From contig OZ245011.1 in assembly GCA_965223665.1 (NCBI GenBank), positions 159,179 through 223,178 of the forward strand: 64,000 nt of DNA, read 5' to 3'. The translations under genes and the position numbers were made by a program. Within the stretch, counting starts at the first letter, position 1. The number at the start of each line of letters is the position of its first letter. Below are positions 10,315 to 19,076 of the stretch, in pieces. The notes under the pieces were generated by a model. That model made no database searches, had not been told where the DNA came from, and saw only the letters and a list, made by a program, of their open reading frames with translations. This DNA is from Nitrospinaceae bacterium (GTDB lineage Bacteria; Nitrospinota; Nitrospinia; Nitrospinales; Nitrospinaceae).

Positions 10315-10584
10315 TTACCGTCGGATACCTAGGTCCTTAATAATGTTTTGGTAAGAACTGAAGTTCTCTTTCTTTAAATGATCTAATAACTTTCGCCTTC
10401 GATTTACAATTTTTATCAAACCTCGGCGAGAATGGTGATCCTTATTATGAGTCTGAAAATGTTCAGTTAAATAGTTGAGGCGATTTGTTAATAAAGCAAT
10501 TTGAACCTCAGAGGACCCTGTGTCCTTTTCATTTAGACGGTATTTGTCAATAATAGAAGCTTTTGCTTCTTTTGTGAAAGCCAT
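10315..10584 (-). CDS. rpsO: 30S ribosomal protein S15
   Basis: The 89-aa product from the ATG at 10584 is MAFTKEAKASIIDKY...HHSRRGL. GAGGAGG lies 6 nt upstream. The ORF track opens 2 codons earlier at a TTG. Confidence 0.95.
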   Translation of the reverse strand: MAFTKEAKASIIDKYRLNEKDTGSSEVQIALLTNRLNYLTEHFQTHNKDHHSRRGLIKIVNRRRKLLDHLKKENFSSYQNIIKDLGIRR

Positions 10585-10619
10585 AGCCAACCTCCTCTAT
10601 CGAATTGGCAATGCCGTAA

Positions 10620-10717
10620 GGTTGTTGAATGTTTTTGCAGAGAAGATTCTTTTGGGAGAATCACTTCCCTTAAAATAATATGCTTCAGAGAATCTTACCT
10701 GTAAAAACATTCCAACC
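10620..10717 (-). promoter_or_regulatory. Long bulged hairpin in the truB-rpsO spacer (candidate rpsO leader or processing element)
   Basis: The arms at 10620..10650 and 10687..10717 pair over ~26 bp (5 bp, a 2-nt bulge, 10 bp, a mismatch, 3 bp, 2 mismatches, 8 bp). No U-tract follows on the transcribed strand. The hairpin ends ~22 nt before the rpsO SD. Confidence 0.4.
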
Positions 10718-10740
10718 TTTCCAGCAACATAAGTTAATAA

Positions 10741-11673
10741 CTAAACTAAAACACGTTTTAATTTAAAAGCAATTTTCATTGAATCAATATTTTTAAACTC
10801 CTCCTGATTTACAAGAGGATCTACTATAGCAATTAAATCATTTTCTGAACTTAAAACCCGAAGGTTCATTCCCGGATAAAATTCACTGGGTACCTTTTTT
10901 ATATATCTCTTTAAAATTGGTAATCCATTAACAATGGGTTTTTTTTCTTCAGAAAAAATACTTATTTCAGGGAGAAAATCCAAAGCTTGTTCCGTTTTTA
11001 ATAATTTTTCGGTAAGGGTACCTTGGGCTTGGGCTTGATTAAGTTCTTCTAAAGTGATTGATGATTGGACGTTGAAATGACCTACCTGTTCTCGAACTAA
11101 TTGAGTTAAATGAGCACCACAACCTAGTTTTAAACCTACATCATGGCATAGGGTACGGACATAAGTTCCTGCCGAGCATACCACCCTAAAAGTAACTTGA
11201 TTTCCATCCTTATTCAAAAATTCAATGGAATAAATGTCTACCGTTACCGGGTCTCTATTGATAGTAATACCATTTCTAGCTAATTTGTAAAGTGGAACTC
11301 CATTTTTTTTCTTAGCTGAGAACATGGGGGGTGTTTGCTGTTGTTTCCCTATAAAATTCTTTAATACTTTCTTTATATCCTCACTAGAGATATTATTGGC
11401 GTCCCCAAGGCTAATTATCTTACCGGTAGAGTCTTGTGTGTCTGTAGACTCACCTAATTTCATTGTGGCCGTGTAACTTTTATTTAGGCGAGTCAAAAAT
11501 TGAATGATTTTGGTTGATCGATTAAGACAGATAGGCAAAACACCTTCTGCTAGGGGATCCAGTGTTCCTATATGGCCTGCTTTTTTTACATTTAGAGTAT
11601 TTTTTACGGATTGGACCATTGAAAAAGAGGAGGGCCCTGCGGGTTTATAAATATTGACAATACTATTCATCAT
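10741..11673 (-). CDS. truB: tRNA pseudouridine(55) synthase TruB
   Basis: It contains KPAGPSSF and GHIGTLDPLAEGVLPI with the catalytic Asp. The ORF is trimmed to the MMNSIVNIYKP start, which overlaps the rbfA stop by ~10 nt. Confidence 0.9.
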   Translation of the reverse strand: MMNSIVNIYKPAGPSSFSMVQSVKNTLNVKKAGHIGTLDPLAEGVLPICLNRSTKIIQFLTRLNKSYTATMKLGESTDTQDSTGKIISLGDANNISSEDIKKVLKNFIGKQQQTPPMFSAKKKNGVPLYKLARNGITINRDPVTVDIYSIEFLNKDGNQVTFRVVCSAGTYVRTLCHDVGLKLGCGAHLTQLVREQVGHFNVQSSITLEELNQAQAQGTLTEKLLKTEQALDFLPEISIFSEEKKPIVNGLPILKRYIKKVPSEFYPGMNLRVLSSENDLIAIVDPLVNQEEFKNIDSMKIAFKLKRVLV

Positions 11674-12007
11674 GCAATCGATTGATAAGCTTTGTAATTT
11701 TTTCAACATGTTCCGCGGACTCATCGATTTTAAATTCGAGTTCGGGAATATATTTTAAATATAAATTTTTGCCTAATTGATTTCGAATAAATCCTTTGGC
11801 GCTTTTTAATCCGTTTAAACTTTCTTCTTTTTTTATTTCATCACCCATAATGCTAACAAAAACCTTAGCGTGTTTTAAATTATTACTCAATTCTATTTTA
11901 GTCACGGTTACAAACCCAATTCTTGGATCCTTTAACCCTCTCATTATTAGAGAGGATATTTCTTCTAAAAGTAACTCTTGGACTCTTTGTGATCTTTTGA
12001 AACGCAT
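11663..12007 (-). CDS. rbfA: Ribosome-binding factor A
   Basis: The sequence RSQRVQELLLEEISSLI...DPRIGFVTVTKIELSNNLKHAKVF is typical of RbfA, and the gene sits in the conserved position. Confidence 0.9.
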   Translation of the reverse strand: MRFKRSQRVQELLLEEISSLIMRGLKDPRIGFVTVTKIELSNNLKHAKVFVSIMGDEIKKEESLNGLKSAKGFIRNQLGKNLYLKYIPELEFKIDESAEHVEKITKLINRLHDE

Positions 12008-12031
12008 CTTTTAGCCCGCAAATGGGAATAA

Positions 12032-12334
12032 TCAAAAGGATTCCTTTCCCAAATTTATGATTTCGACATCGTGGCTTGTCATTTCTGCTAAATGCATGTT
12101 ATCAATGAAGTTGACCACTTGTTGAATTAACCCCTCTAAATATTGGGCATCTCCACTTACTGCGGCGATACCCAAATGCAAATTTTGCCAAATATCCTGA
12201 TCCCCGACCTCAGCTATGGAAATATTAAATTTATTTTTTACACGATCTTTAATGGTACGAATAATGCGTCGTTTCCCTTTAAGGGAACTATTTCCGTGCA
12301 AAAAAAACCTTATGGAACAACAACCCACATGCAT
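12032..12334 (-). CDS. DUF503 (YlxP-like) protein
   Basis: It contains the SLKGKRRIIRTIKDRVKNKFNISIAEVGDQDIWQ pattern and sits in the conserved slot between infB and rbfA. Confidence 0.75.
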   Translation of the reverse strand: MHVGCCSIRFFLHGNSSLKGKRRIIRTIKDRVKNKFNISIAEVGDQDIWQNLHLGIAAVSGDAQYLEGLIQQVVNFIDNMHLAEMTSHDVEIINLGKESF

Positions 12335-12390
12335 GGGATAAACTAATTATGAATTATATTTAAGTTGATATTTAATTGCTTAACAGGATC

Positions 12391-14805
12391 TTAAACTGGC
12401 TCTTTTTCCAGGATATAAGGTTCAATAATATCGCCTGACTTTAAATCCTGGTATTTTTCAAATGAAAGTCCACACTCATAACCCGAAGCAACTTCCTTAA
12501 CATCGTCTTTAAATCTTTTTAGCGAATTGATTTTCCCATCATAAATCACTACGCTATCTCGAACCAACCGAGCCTGAGTATTTCTTTCAATTTGTCCAGA
12601 TAAAACAAAACAACCTGCAATATTTCCCACTTTGGGAATATGAAAAACTTCCCGGACTTCGGCGCGGCCCATTACTTTTTCTTTAAAAGTAGGTTCTAGT
12701 AGTCCTTCCATTGCTTTTTTAATATCGTTTATAGCATCATAGATGACACTGTAAAGTCGTACATCAACCTTTTCTTTCGAACTCATTATGCTTGCTTTTT
12801 CAGTAGGTCTTACATTAAACCCAATAATAATCGCAGTTGAAGCGCTGGCTAATAGTATGTCTGATTCAGTGATTCCACCGACAGCGTCATGGATTACTTT
12901 AACGCGAACCTGATCATTATCTAATTTAGAAAGAGCTTCTTTGACAGCTTGGATAGAACCTTGAACATCGGCTTTAATGATTAAGCTAAGCTCATGAATT
13001 TTGCCCTCCAGGATTTGCTGATGGAGGTCTTCCATGGTGATCCGAGGTTTTTGAGCCAAAGCAGTTTCTCTTTGTTTTTGAACTCGTAATTCACATAGTT
13101 GACGAGCACGTTTTTCATCTTTGACTACCATAAATTTATCGCCGGGTTCTGGGACCTCAGGAATCCCAATAATTTCAACCGGCATACAGACCGTTGCTTT
13201 GGAAATATTTTTTCCTTGATCATTGGTTAAAGCTCGCGCTTTGCCAAAATAATTACCAATAATGTAAGGGTCGCCCACGTGCAAATTACCCTTTTGAATG
13301 ATCACCGTTGCAACGGGTCCTCGACCTTTATCTAATTTTGACTCAATGACTATTCCTCTTCCTCTAAGCTTTGGGTTTGCCTTTAATTCCATAATTTCAG
13401 CTTGAAGTAAAAGTAGCTCAAGAAGATTATCAATTCCTAAATTCATTTTGGCAGAGACTTCAGTAAATATGGTTTGGCCACCCCAATCCTCCGGTAAGAG
13501 GCCTAATTCTGCTAATTGCTTTTTAACTTCATCTGGTTTTGCATCAGGCTTATCAATTTTGTTAATTGCTACCAGCAAAGGGACATTAGCAGCATTTGCA
13601 TGATCTATAGCCTCTTTTGTTTGAGGTTTGATTCCATCGTCTGCGGCTACCACTAAAACGACTATATCCGTAATTTGTGCTCCACGAGCTCGCATAGCGG
13701 TAAAAGCTTCATGACCAGGGGTATCAAGAAAAGTTATTGAAGACCCTTTTACTTTGGCTTGGTAGGCTCCAATGTGCTGAGTGATTCCCCCATGCTCACT
13801 TTCAGTAATATTGGTTTTTCGTATGGCATCTAAAAGTGAAGTTTTACCATGATCGACATGGCCCATAATGGTTACGATTGGAGGGCGCAATTGATGATCT
13901 GAAGGTAAATCCTGTTCTTCTTCTTCAAATTCAAGTTCCTCTTCCTCCTGAACCTTTTCAACTTCAAACCCGCGTTGATCTGCAATTTTGGAAGCCATCT
14001 CAAAGTTCAAACTTTGATTGATAGTGGCCATTACACCTAAACCCATAAGTTCTTTAATTATATCGTTTGCGGTACAGTTTAATTTTTCAGCTAAATCGCG
14101 AAGTTGAATGTTTTCACCAATTTGAACAGTTTCAAAACTTTCTTCTTCCGTGACTTCGGTTGGAGCCGGAGTGGAAGCGGGAGTTGATTTTTCATCGGGA
14201 GATATTGATTCATCTTTTTTTGACTCTTGAGTTTTTGCGCTTTCTTTTACTTTTTTTGTCGGTTTATCTTTAACTTTTTTAATATCTCCGAGTTCTTCAA
14301 GTTCCTCGGGTTTTACAATTCTTAAGCTAGGCTTTTTAGCTGCTTTTAATTTATCGGCTATGGGGGCTTCGCCTTCTCCTGGCTTTTGAGGTTTTTTTGA
14401 AGAATCGGTAGTTTTTTCTTTATCAACCTCTTTAAGGGCAGCTTTCACTTTTTTTACAGGTTTGGTGGTTTTTGGTGTATCCGTGGTACTCTCTGCTTTT
14501 TTTGCTTTGGTGGTCTTGGGGGGAGAGGATTTTTTAGCTTTTTTAGTTTCTGATTTCGTCGATGTTTTCTTTTTAGTTGTGGCTTTGGTAGCAGCTTTTT
14601 TCTTGGTTGTGGTTTTCTTTTTACTTTTTGGCGCTAATTTTTCCGAAAAAAATTCTCTGAGATAATTGGACATTTCTTCATCAATTGAACTCATATGGTT
14701 TTTTACTGGGTAATCTTTTTCTTTGAGTTCATCAATGATCTGGTCGTTAGAAACACCCAACTCTAACGCTAATTTGTTAACCCTAATTTTCGCCAAAAGC
14801 AACAC
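12391..14805 (-). CDS. infB: Translation initiation factor IF-2
   Basis: The GTPase motifs are GHVDHGKTSLLD, DTPGH and NKID. The N-terminal region is K/T/A-rich and low-complexity. The start codon is GTG. Confidence 0.97.
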   Translation of the reverse strand: MLLLAKIRVNKLALELGVSNDQIIDELKEKDYPVKNHMSSIDEEMSNYLREFFSEKLAPKSKKKTTTKKKAATKATTKKKTSTKSETKKAKKSSPPKTTKAKKAESTTDTPKTTKPVKKVKAALKEVDKEKTTDSSKKPQKPGEGEAPIADKLKAAKKPSLRIVKPEELEELGDIKKVKDKPTKKVKESAKTQESKKDESISPDEKSTPASTPAPTEVTEEESFETVQIGENIQLRDLAEKLNCTANDIIKELMGLGVMATINQSLNFEMASKIADQRGFEVEKVQEEEELEFEEEEQDLPSDHQLRPPIVTIMGHVDHGKTSLLDAIRKTNITESEHGGITQHIGAYQAKVKGSSITFLDTPGHEAFTAMRARGAQITDIVVLVVAADDGIKPQTKEAIDHANAANVPLLVAINKIDKPDAKPDEVKKQLAELGLLPEDWGGQTIFTEVSAKMNLGIDNLLELLLLQAEIMELKANPKLRGRGIVIESKLDKGRGPVATVIIQKGNLHVGDPYIIGNYFGKARALTNDQGKNISKATVCMPVEIIGIPEVPEPGDKFMVVKDEKRARQLCELRVQKQRETALAQKPRITMEDLHQQILEGKIHELSLIIKADVQGSIQAVKEALSKLDNDQVRVKVIHDAVGGITESDILLASASTAIIIGFNVRPTEKASIMSSKEKVDVRLYSVIYDAINDIKKAMEGLLEPTFKEKVMGRAEVREVFHIPKVGNIAGCFVLSGQIERNTQARLVRDSVVIYDGKINSLKRFKDDVKEVASGYECGLSFEKYQDLKSGDIIEPYILEKEPV

Positions 14806-14835
14806 TCCTATGTATGGTGAATTGATATAAAATTT

Positions 14836-16569
14836 TTAAACGTTTTCGTATTTTTCCATATGTAACTTTGCCTGACTCAAAATAAATTGGGCCGTATCCT
14901 CATCGATTCCTTCGATAGAAATCAGTTCTTCAATTGGAGTCACCGACAACTCGGCAATGGTTTGAAAATCATTTTCTTGCAACGTTTTAATGATGGTGCT
15001 ATCCACTTTTGTTAGCTCTTCAAGACCAAATTCCTGGTCTTCCTCTAATTCTTCTTCTTGAGCAGCCTCTTCTGCAGAATTAACTACACTCTCTTCTTCA
15101 GACTCTAAAGTTTCTAATTCATTTTGCGGTATTTGCTCTTCATCCAGCTCCAAGCTAGGCTCTTCTTCAGAAGATTCTTCGGAACTATCCGAAAATAATG
15201 AATCGACTTCACTTTTTTCTTTAATATCCGGGGCGGTGTAAACTAAATTATCTTCAATCTCAGGTGAAACAATTTCGGTGGAAGAAGCTGGTTTTCTATT
15301 TTTAATATATTCTTCCGAGAAACTGACAAGAGCTTCAGCTTTCTTTGGGCCGACTCCTTGAATCTTAATTAGTCCTTCTACCCCTTGGCTCAACACTTCA
15401 TCAAAAGTTACTACATTATTTGCAAATAAAATAGCAACTAACTTTTCACTAAAACCTTTAGTGTTTTTAATAATTTCAATGAAGTCTTCCTGCGGTTCTT
15501 TCTTTTTTACAAAAAGATCAGTTGCGCTTAAAATTGATTGGGCCTCTGACTCGCCTTTAATATCAATTTTCCATTTAACTAATTTCGCTGCCAAACGAAC
15601 ATTCTGACCTTTCTTTCCTATTGCTAATGACATCTGGTCATCGGCAACGATGATTGTCATATGTTTTTCTTCTTTGTTAGTGACAATTCTTGAAATTTTT
15701 GCTGGACTTAATGCATTGCGAATGAAAATCTCAGGGTCTTCAGAGTATTCTACGATATCTATCTTTTCACCACGCAACTCTTGCACAATTGATTGAACTC
15801 TTAGGCCTCGCATTCCAACACAAGCTCCCACGGCATCAATGTCTCTATCATTGGTTCGAACGGCAATTTTTGTGCGACCATTAGGTTCTCTCACAATCCC
15901 CATGATTTCCACCATGCCTTCACTTATTTCAGGAACTTCAAGTTCAAATAATCTTTTTATCAAGCCGACATGGGTACGAGAAAGAATAAGTAGGGTATTT
16001 TTAGAGGTTTTTTTTACTTCAAGCACATAGGCACGGACGCGATCTCCACGATTGAACTTTTCTCTGAAAACTTGTTCTCTTCGCGGTAATACTCCTTCAG
16101 CACGACCCAAATCTACAATAATGTCTCCATGCTCAAATCGTTGCACTATGCCACTAAGAAGTTCATTTTTTTTGTCCTGAAATTCGTTATAAACTATTTC
16201 GATTTCAGCCTCTCGGACCTTTTGTAAAATGACTTGTTTGGCTAATTGAGCTGCAATGCGTCCTAAATTTTCTAATTTTTGTGGAATTAGAATGGTTTCC
16301 TTTAATTGAGCTTCAGGAGATATTTTTGATGCTTCTTTTAAAGAAACTTCGAGATCTGGGTCTTTAACTTTAGAAACTACCGTTTTTTCAGCAAATATTT
16401 CAATTTCACCATTCTCCAAATTAAATTCACTATGAAGAATTACTTCAGGGGGCATTTTTTTTCGCGCGGCTGCCTCCACGGCTGATTTTATTGCTTCTAT
16501 CAAGACATCTTTATCGATGCCTTTTTCTCGGCAAAGCTGATCAATGATATGGATTACTTCTACGGTCAT
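14836..16569 (-). CDS. nusA: Transcription termination/antitermination factor NusA (long form with an acidic S/E-rich linker and C-terminal HhH repeats)
   Basis: It has the N-terminal, S1 and KH1/KH2 core (GACVGMRGLRVQSIVQEL, AIGKKGQNVRLAAKL), followed by an acidic tract and an HhH region. Confidence 0.95.
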   Translation of the reverse strand: MTVEVIHIIDQLCREKGIDKDVLIEAIKSAVEAAARKKMPPEVILHSEFNLENGEIEIFAEKTVVSKVKDPDLEVSLKEASKISPEAQLKETILIPQKLENLGRIAAQLAKQVILQKVREAEIEIVYNEFQDKKNELLSGIVQRFEHGDIIVDLGRAEGVLPRREQVFREKFNRGDRVRAYVLEVKKTSKNTLLILSRTHVGLIKRLFELEVPEISEGMVEIMGIVREPNGRTKIAVRTNDRDIDAVGACVGMRGLRVQSIVQELRGEKIDIVEYSEDPEIFIRNALSPAKISRIVTNKEEKHMTIIVADDQMSLAIGKKGQNVRLAAKLVKWKIDIKGESEAQSILSATDLFVKKKEPQEDFIEIIKNTKGFSEKLVAILFANNVVTFDEVLSQGVEGLIKIQGVGPKKAEALVSFSEEYIKNRKPASSTEIVSPEIEDNLVYTAPDIKEKSEVDSLFSDSSEESSEEEPSLELDEEQIPQNELETLESEEESVVNSAEEAAQEEELEEDQEFGLEELTKVDSTIIKTLQENDFQTIAELSVTPIEELISIEGIDEDTAQFILSQAKLHMEKYENV

Positions 16570-16572
16570 GGT

Positions 16573-17037
16573 TTAATTTATTTTTATTTCAAGTTTAGCC
16601 GATGCAATATTATCCATGGGAATGGATATAGTTTTCTCACCGACATCTAAAAAAAGAGTGCTCTCTTTGAAGTTCTCAATGATCCCTGTATATTTTCGTT
16701 TTTCTTGAATGGGAGAAAATAATGAAACTTGGATTGATTTTCCTAAATACCTTAAAAAATCTCTATCCTTTTTTAAAGGCCGATCTAAACCTGGCGAAGA
16801 TACTTCCAGGTAGTATCTATTTGGAATTAGATCTTCTACTTCAATGATATCTTCGATTTGTCGACTTATTTTCTTGCAGTCCTCAACAGTAATACCATTT
16901 TGTTTATCAATAAATACTCTTAGAAACCAATCTTTCCCCTCTTTTTTGTATTCAATGTCAACCAACTCTAAATTTGCATTTTCAACAATTGGTAAAACGA
17001 GCTCTCTAATCGATTGGGAAACGGAACTCTTGACCAT
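16573..17037 (-). CDS. rimP: Ribosome maturation factor RimP
   Basis: It contains LELVDIEYKKEGKDWFLRVFID and LEVSSPGLDRPL and is the first gene of the nusA operon. Confidence 0.9.
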   Translation of the reverse strand: MVKSSVSQSIRELVLPIVENANLELVDIEYKKEGKDWFLRVFIDKQNGITVEDCKKISRQIEDIIEVEDLIPNRYYLEVSSPGLDRPLKKDRDFLRYLGKSIQVSLFSPIQEKRKYTGIIENFKESTLFLDVGEKTISIPMDNIASAKLEIKIN

Positions 17038-17120
17038 AATTGTTGATTATTTTTATTTCTGGCCCTTAAGGGGAACTTGACGCCAGATTTACAATTTAAA
17101 TGAATGAACCAAGATTAGCC

Positions 17121-17146
17121 AAAATAAAAGCGGGCCTAAGCCCGCC
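17121..17146 (-). terminator. Rho-independent terminator after proS
   Basis: The hairpin is GCGGGC-ctaa-GCCCGC. On the minus strand it is followed by TTTTATTTT. Confidence 0.65.
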
Positions 17147-17232
17147 TTTTGCAGACCAATCAATTTTGAGAAAATTTTACAGAATCTAGGGAGAGGATTC
17201 AAGGAAAATCGTAAATACCTAACAATTTGAAT

Positions 17233-18942
17233 TTAAAGGGCTTCAAGGATACTTGGTATAGTTTCTAATACTTCTGGGAAATCATAAAGTTCGGAATTGC
17301 CAGAATGTCTAATTTTTACCTCAATTTTCCCTGCATCCAAGTTTTTAGGACCAATAATCATTTGCAACGGAATTCCCAATAAGTCTGCATCTTTCAGCTT
17401 TGCTCCCAATCGGTCTGTCCTATCATCCAAAAGGGTTTCAATGTTAAGTTTTTTTAGGGTTTCATAGGATTGAATACATGCTTCCTTTAAAGCGTGATCA
17501 GAAAAGTTAACGGGAATAATAGCTGCTTGAAAAGGTGCAAGTGGAACAGGCCAAATGATACCATTATCGTCATGATTTTGCTCAATAGCAGCTGCAGCTG
17601 TTCTTCCAACTCCTATTCCATAACATCCCATTAACATGGTTTTTTCTTTGCCCTGATGATCTAAGAAATTAGATTTTAAGGCAGAGCTATATTTATCTCC
17701 TAAAATGAAAATGTGCCCCACCTCAATACCCCGACGAATTTTATAATACCCGTTTTCGCATTTTGGGCAAGGATCACCTTCTTCTATCGTTCGTAGATCG
17801 CCAGATTTTTTTATCTCGAAATCACGACCTATCTGCACACCGGAAAAATGAGCATCTTGAGTGTTTGCGCCTGTAATTAAATTGTGCATTTGGCTAACTT
17901 CATAATCCGCAAAAATTTCTAAATTTAAATTAACAGGACCTAAAAAACCAATAGGAAAATTTGTTTGTTCTTTTACTTGTAATTCATTAGCTGGGTGTAG
18001 CCAGTCACAACCAATAAGGTTTTTTAGTTTTGTGGGGTGAATCTGTCGATCGCCTCTGACTAAACCTGCGACAAGACCGTTTTCTGTTTCAAAAATAATT
18101 GTCTTTACAATATTTTGAGGAGCCACATTTAAAAATTTACTAACTTCTTCAACTGATTTTTTATTGGGAGTCTCAATTTTTTTTAATGAATCAATGTTAT
18201 TTGGAGATGATGAAGGCAATGGTAATTTTGAAGCTGCCTTTTCGATATTTGAAGCATAATCACATTTTTCGCAAAAACCGATCTCGTCTTCTCCGGAATC
18301 AGCAAGAACCATAAACTCATGTGAAAAGCTTCCACCAATTGTTCCTGAGTCTGCCTCAACCATTTTGAAATCCAATCCGCATCTTTCAAAAACTTTACAA
18401 TAGGCTTGTCTCATTTTTTCATAAACTTCCTGTGTGCTTTCTTGATCTACATGGAAGCTATACGCATCCTTCATCATAAACTCTCTTCCACGCATTATTC
18501 CAAAACGTGGTCGAACTTCATCTCGAAATTTGGTTTGGATTTGATAAAGGATAAGCGGGAGTTGGCGATAGGATTTTACCTCTTTACGAACAATATCCGT
18601 AATAACCTCTTCATGGGTGGGGCCGTAGCAAAACTCTCTATTATGCCTATCTTTAATTCGTAATAATTCTTTGCCATAAAGACCCCAACGGCCACTTTCC
18701 TGCCACAGTTCGGCTGGTTGGATACTAGGGAGGAAAACTTCTTGACCACCAATATTATTCATCTCTTCTCTTATAATTTGTTCTACTTTTTTAAGAACAC
18801 GCAAGCCTAAGGGCAGAATAGAATAAACACCTGAAGCCAGTTGACGAATCATGCCTGCACGTACCATTAGCTTATGACTGATAACCTCTGCATCTGAAGG
18901 TGACTGTTTAAGTGTAGGAATGAAAATTTGAGAATATCGCAT
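17233..18942 (-). CDS. proS: Proline--tRNA ligase (bacterial type with editing insertion)
   Basis: At 569 aa it carries class II motifs (FRDEVRPRFGIMRGREF, GCYGIGVGR) and an INS domain. Confidence 0.97.
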   Translation of the reverse strand: MRYSQIFIPTLKQSPSDAEVISHKLMVRAGMIRQLASGVYSILPLGLRVLKKVEQIIREEMNNIGGQEVFLPSIQPAELWQESGRWGLYGKELLRIKDRHNREFCYGPTHEEVITDIVRKEVKSYRQLPLILYQIQTKFRDEVRPRFGIMRGREFMMKDAYSFHVDQESTQEVYEKMRQAYCKVFERCGLDFKMVEADSGTIGGSFSHEFMVLADSGEDEIGFCEKCDYASNIEKAASKLPLPSSSPNNIDSLKKIETPNKKSVEEVSKFLNVAPQNIVKTIIFETENGLVAGLVRGDRQIHPTKLKNLIGCDWLHPANELQVKEQTNFPIGFLGPVNLNLEIFADYEVSQMHNLITGANTQDAHFSGVQIGRDFEIKKSGDLRTIEEGDPCPKCENGYYKIRRGIEVGHIFILGDKYSSALKSNFLDHQGKEKTMLMGCYGIGVGRTAAAAIEQNHDDNGIIWPVPLAPFQAAIIPVNFSDHALKEACIQSYETLKKLNIETLLDDRTDRLGAKLKDADLLGIPLQMIIGPKNLDAGKIEVKIRHSGNSELYDFPEVLETIPSILEAL

Positions 18943-18991
18943 AATAAGTATTTAAATGATTTGATTACATCAGATGATTATTCAAATCATT

Positions 18992-19018
18992 AACAAAAAG
19001 CACCTAACCAAAGTTAGG
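18992..19018 (-). terminator. Weak candidate terminator after the PEP mutase fusion gene
   Basis: A 6-bp CCTAAC-caaa-GTTAGG stem is followed on the minus strand by a T-rich run (TGCTTTTTGTT). Confidence 0.35.
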
Positions 19019-19076
19019 CATTAACGATTTAAAAACAATTAATTTATTCTTAATCTTAAATGGGAAAGCGCGGAGG

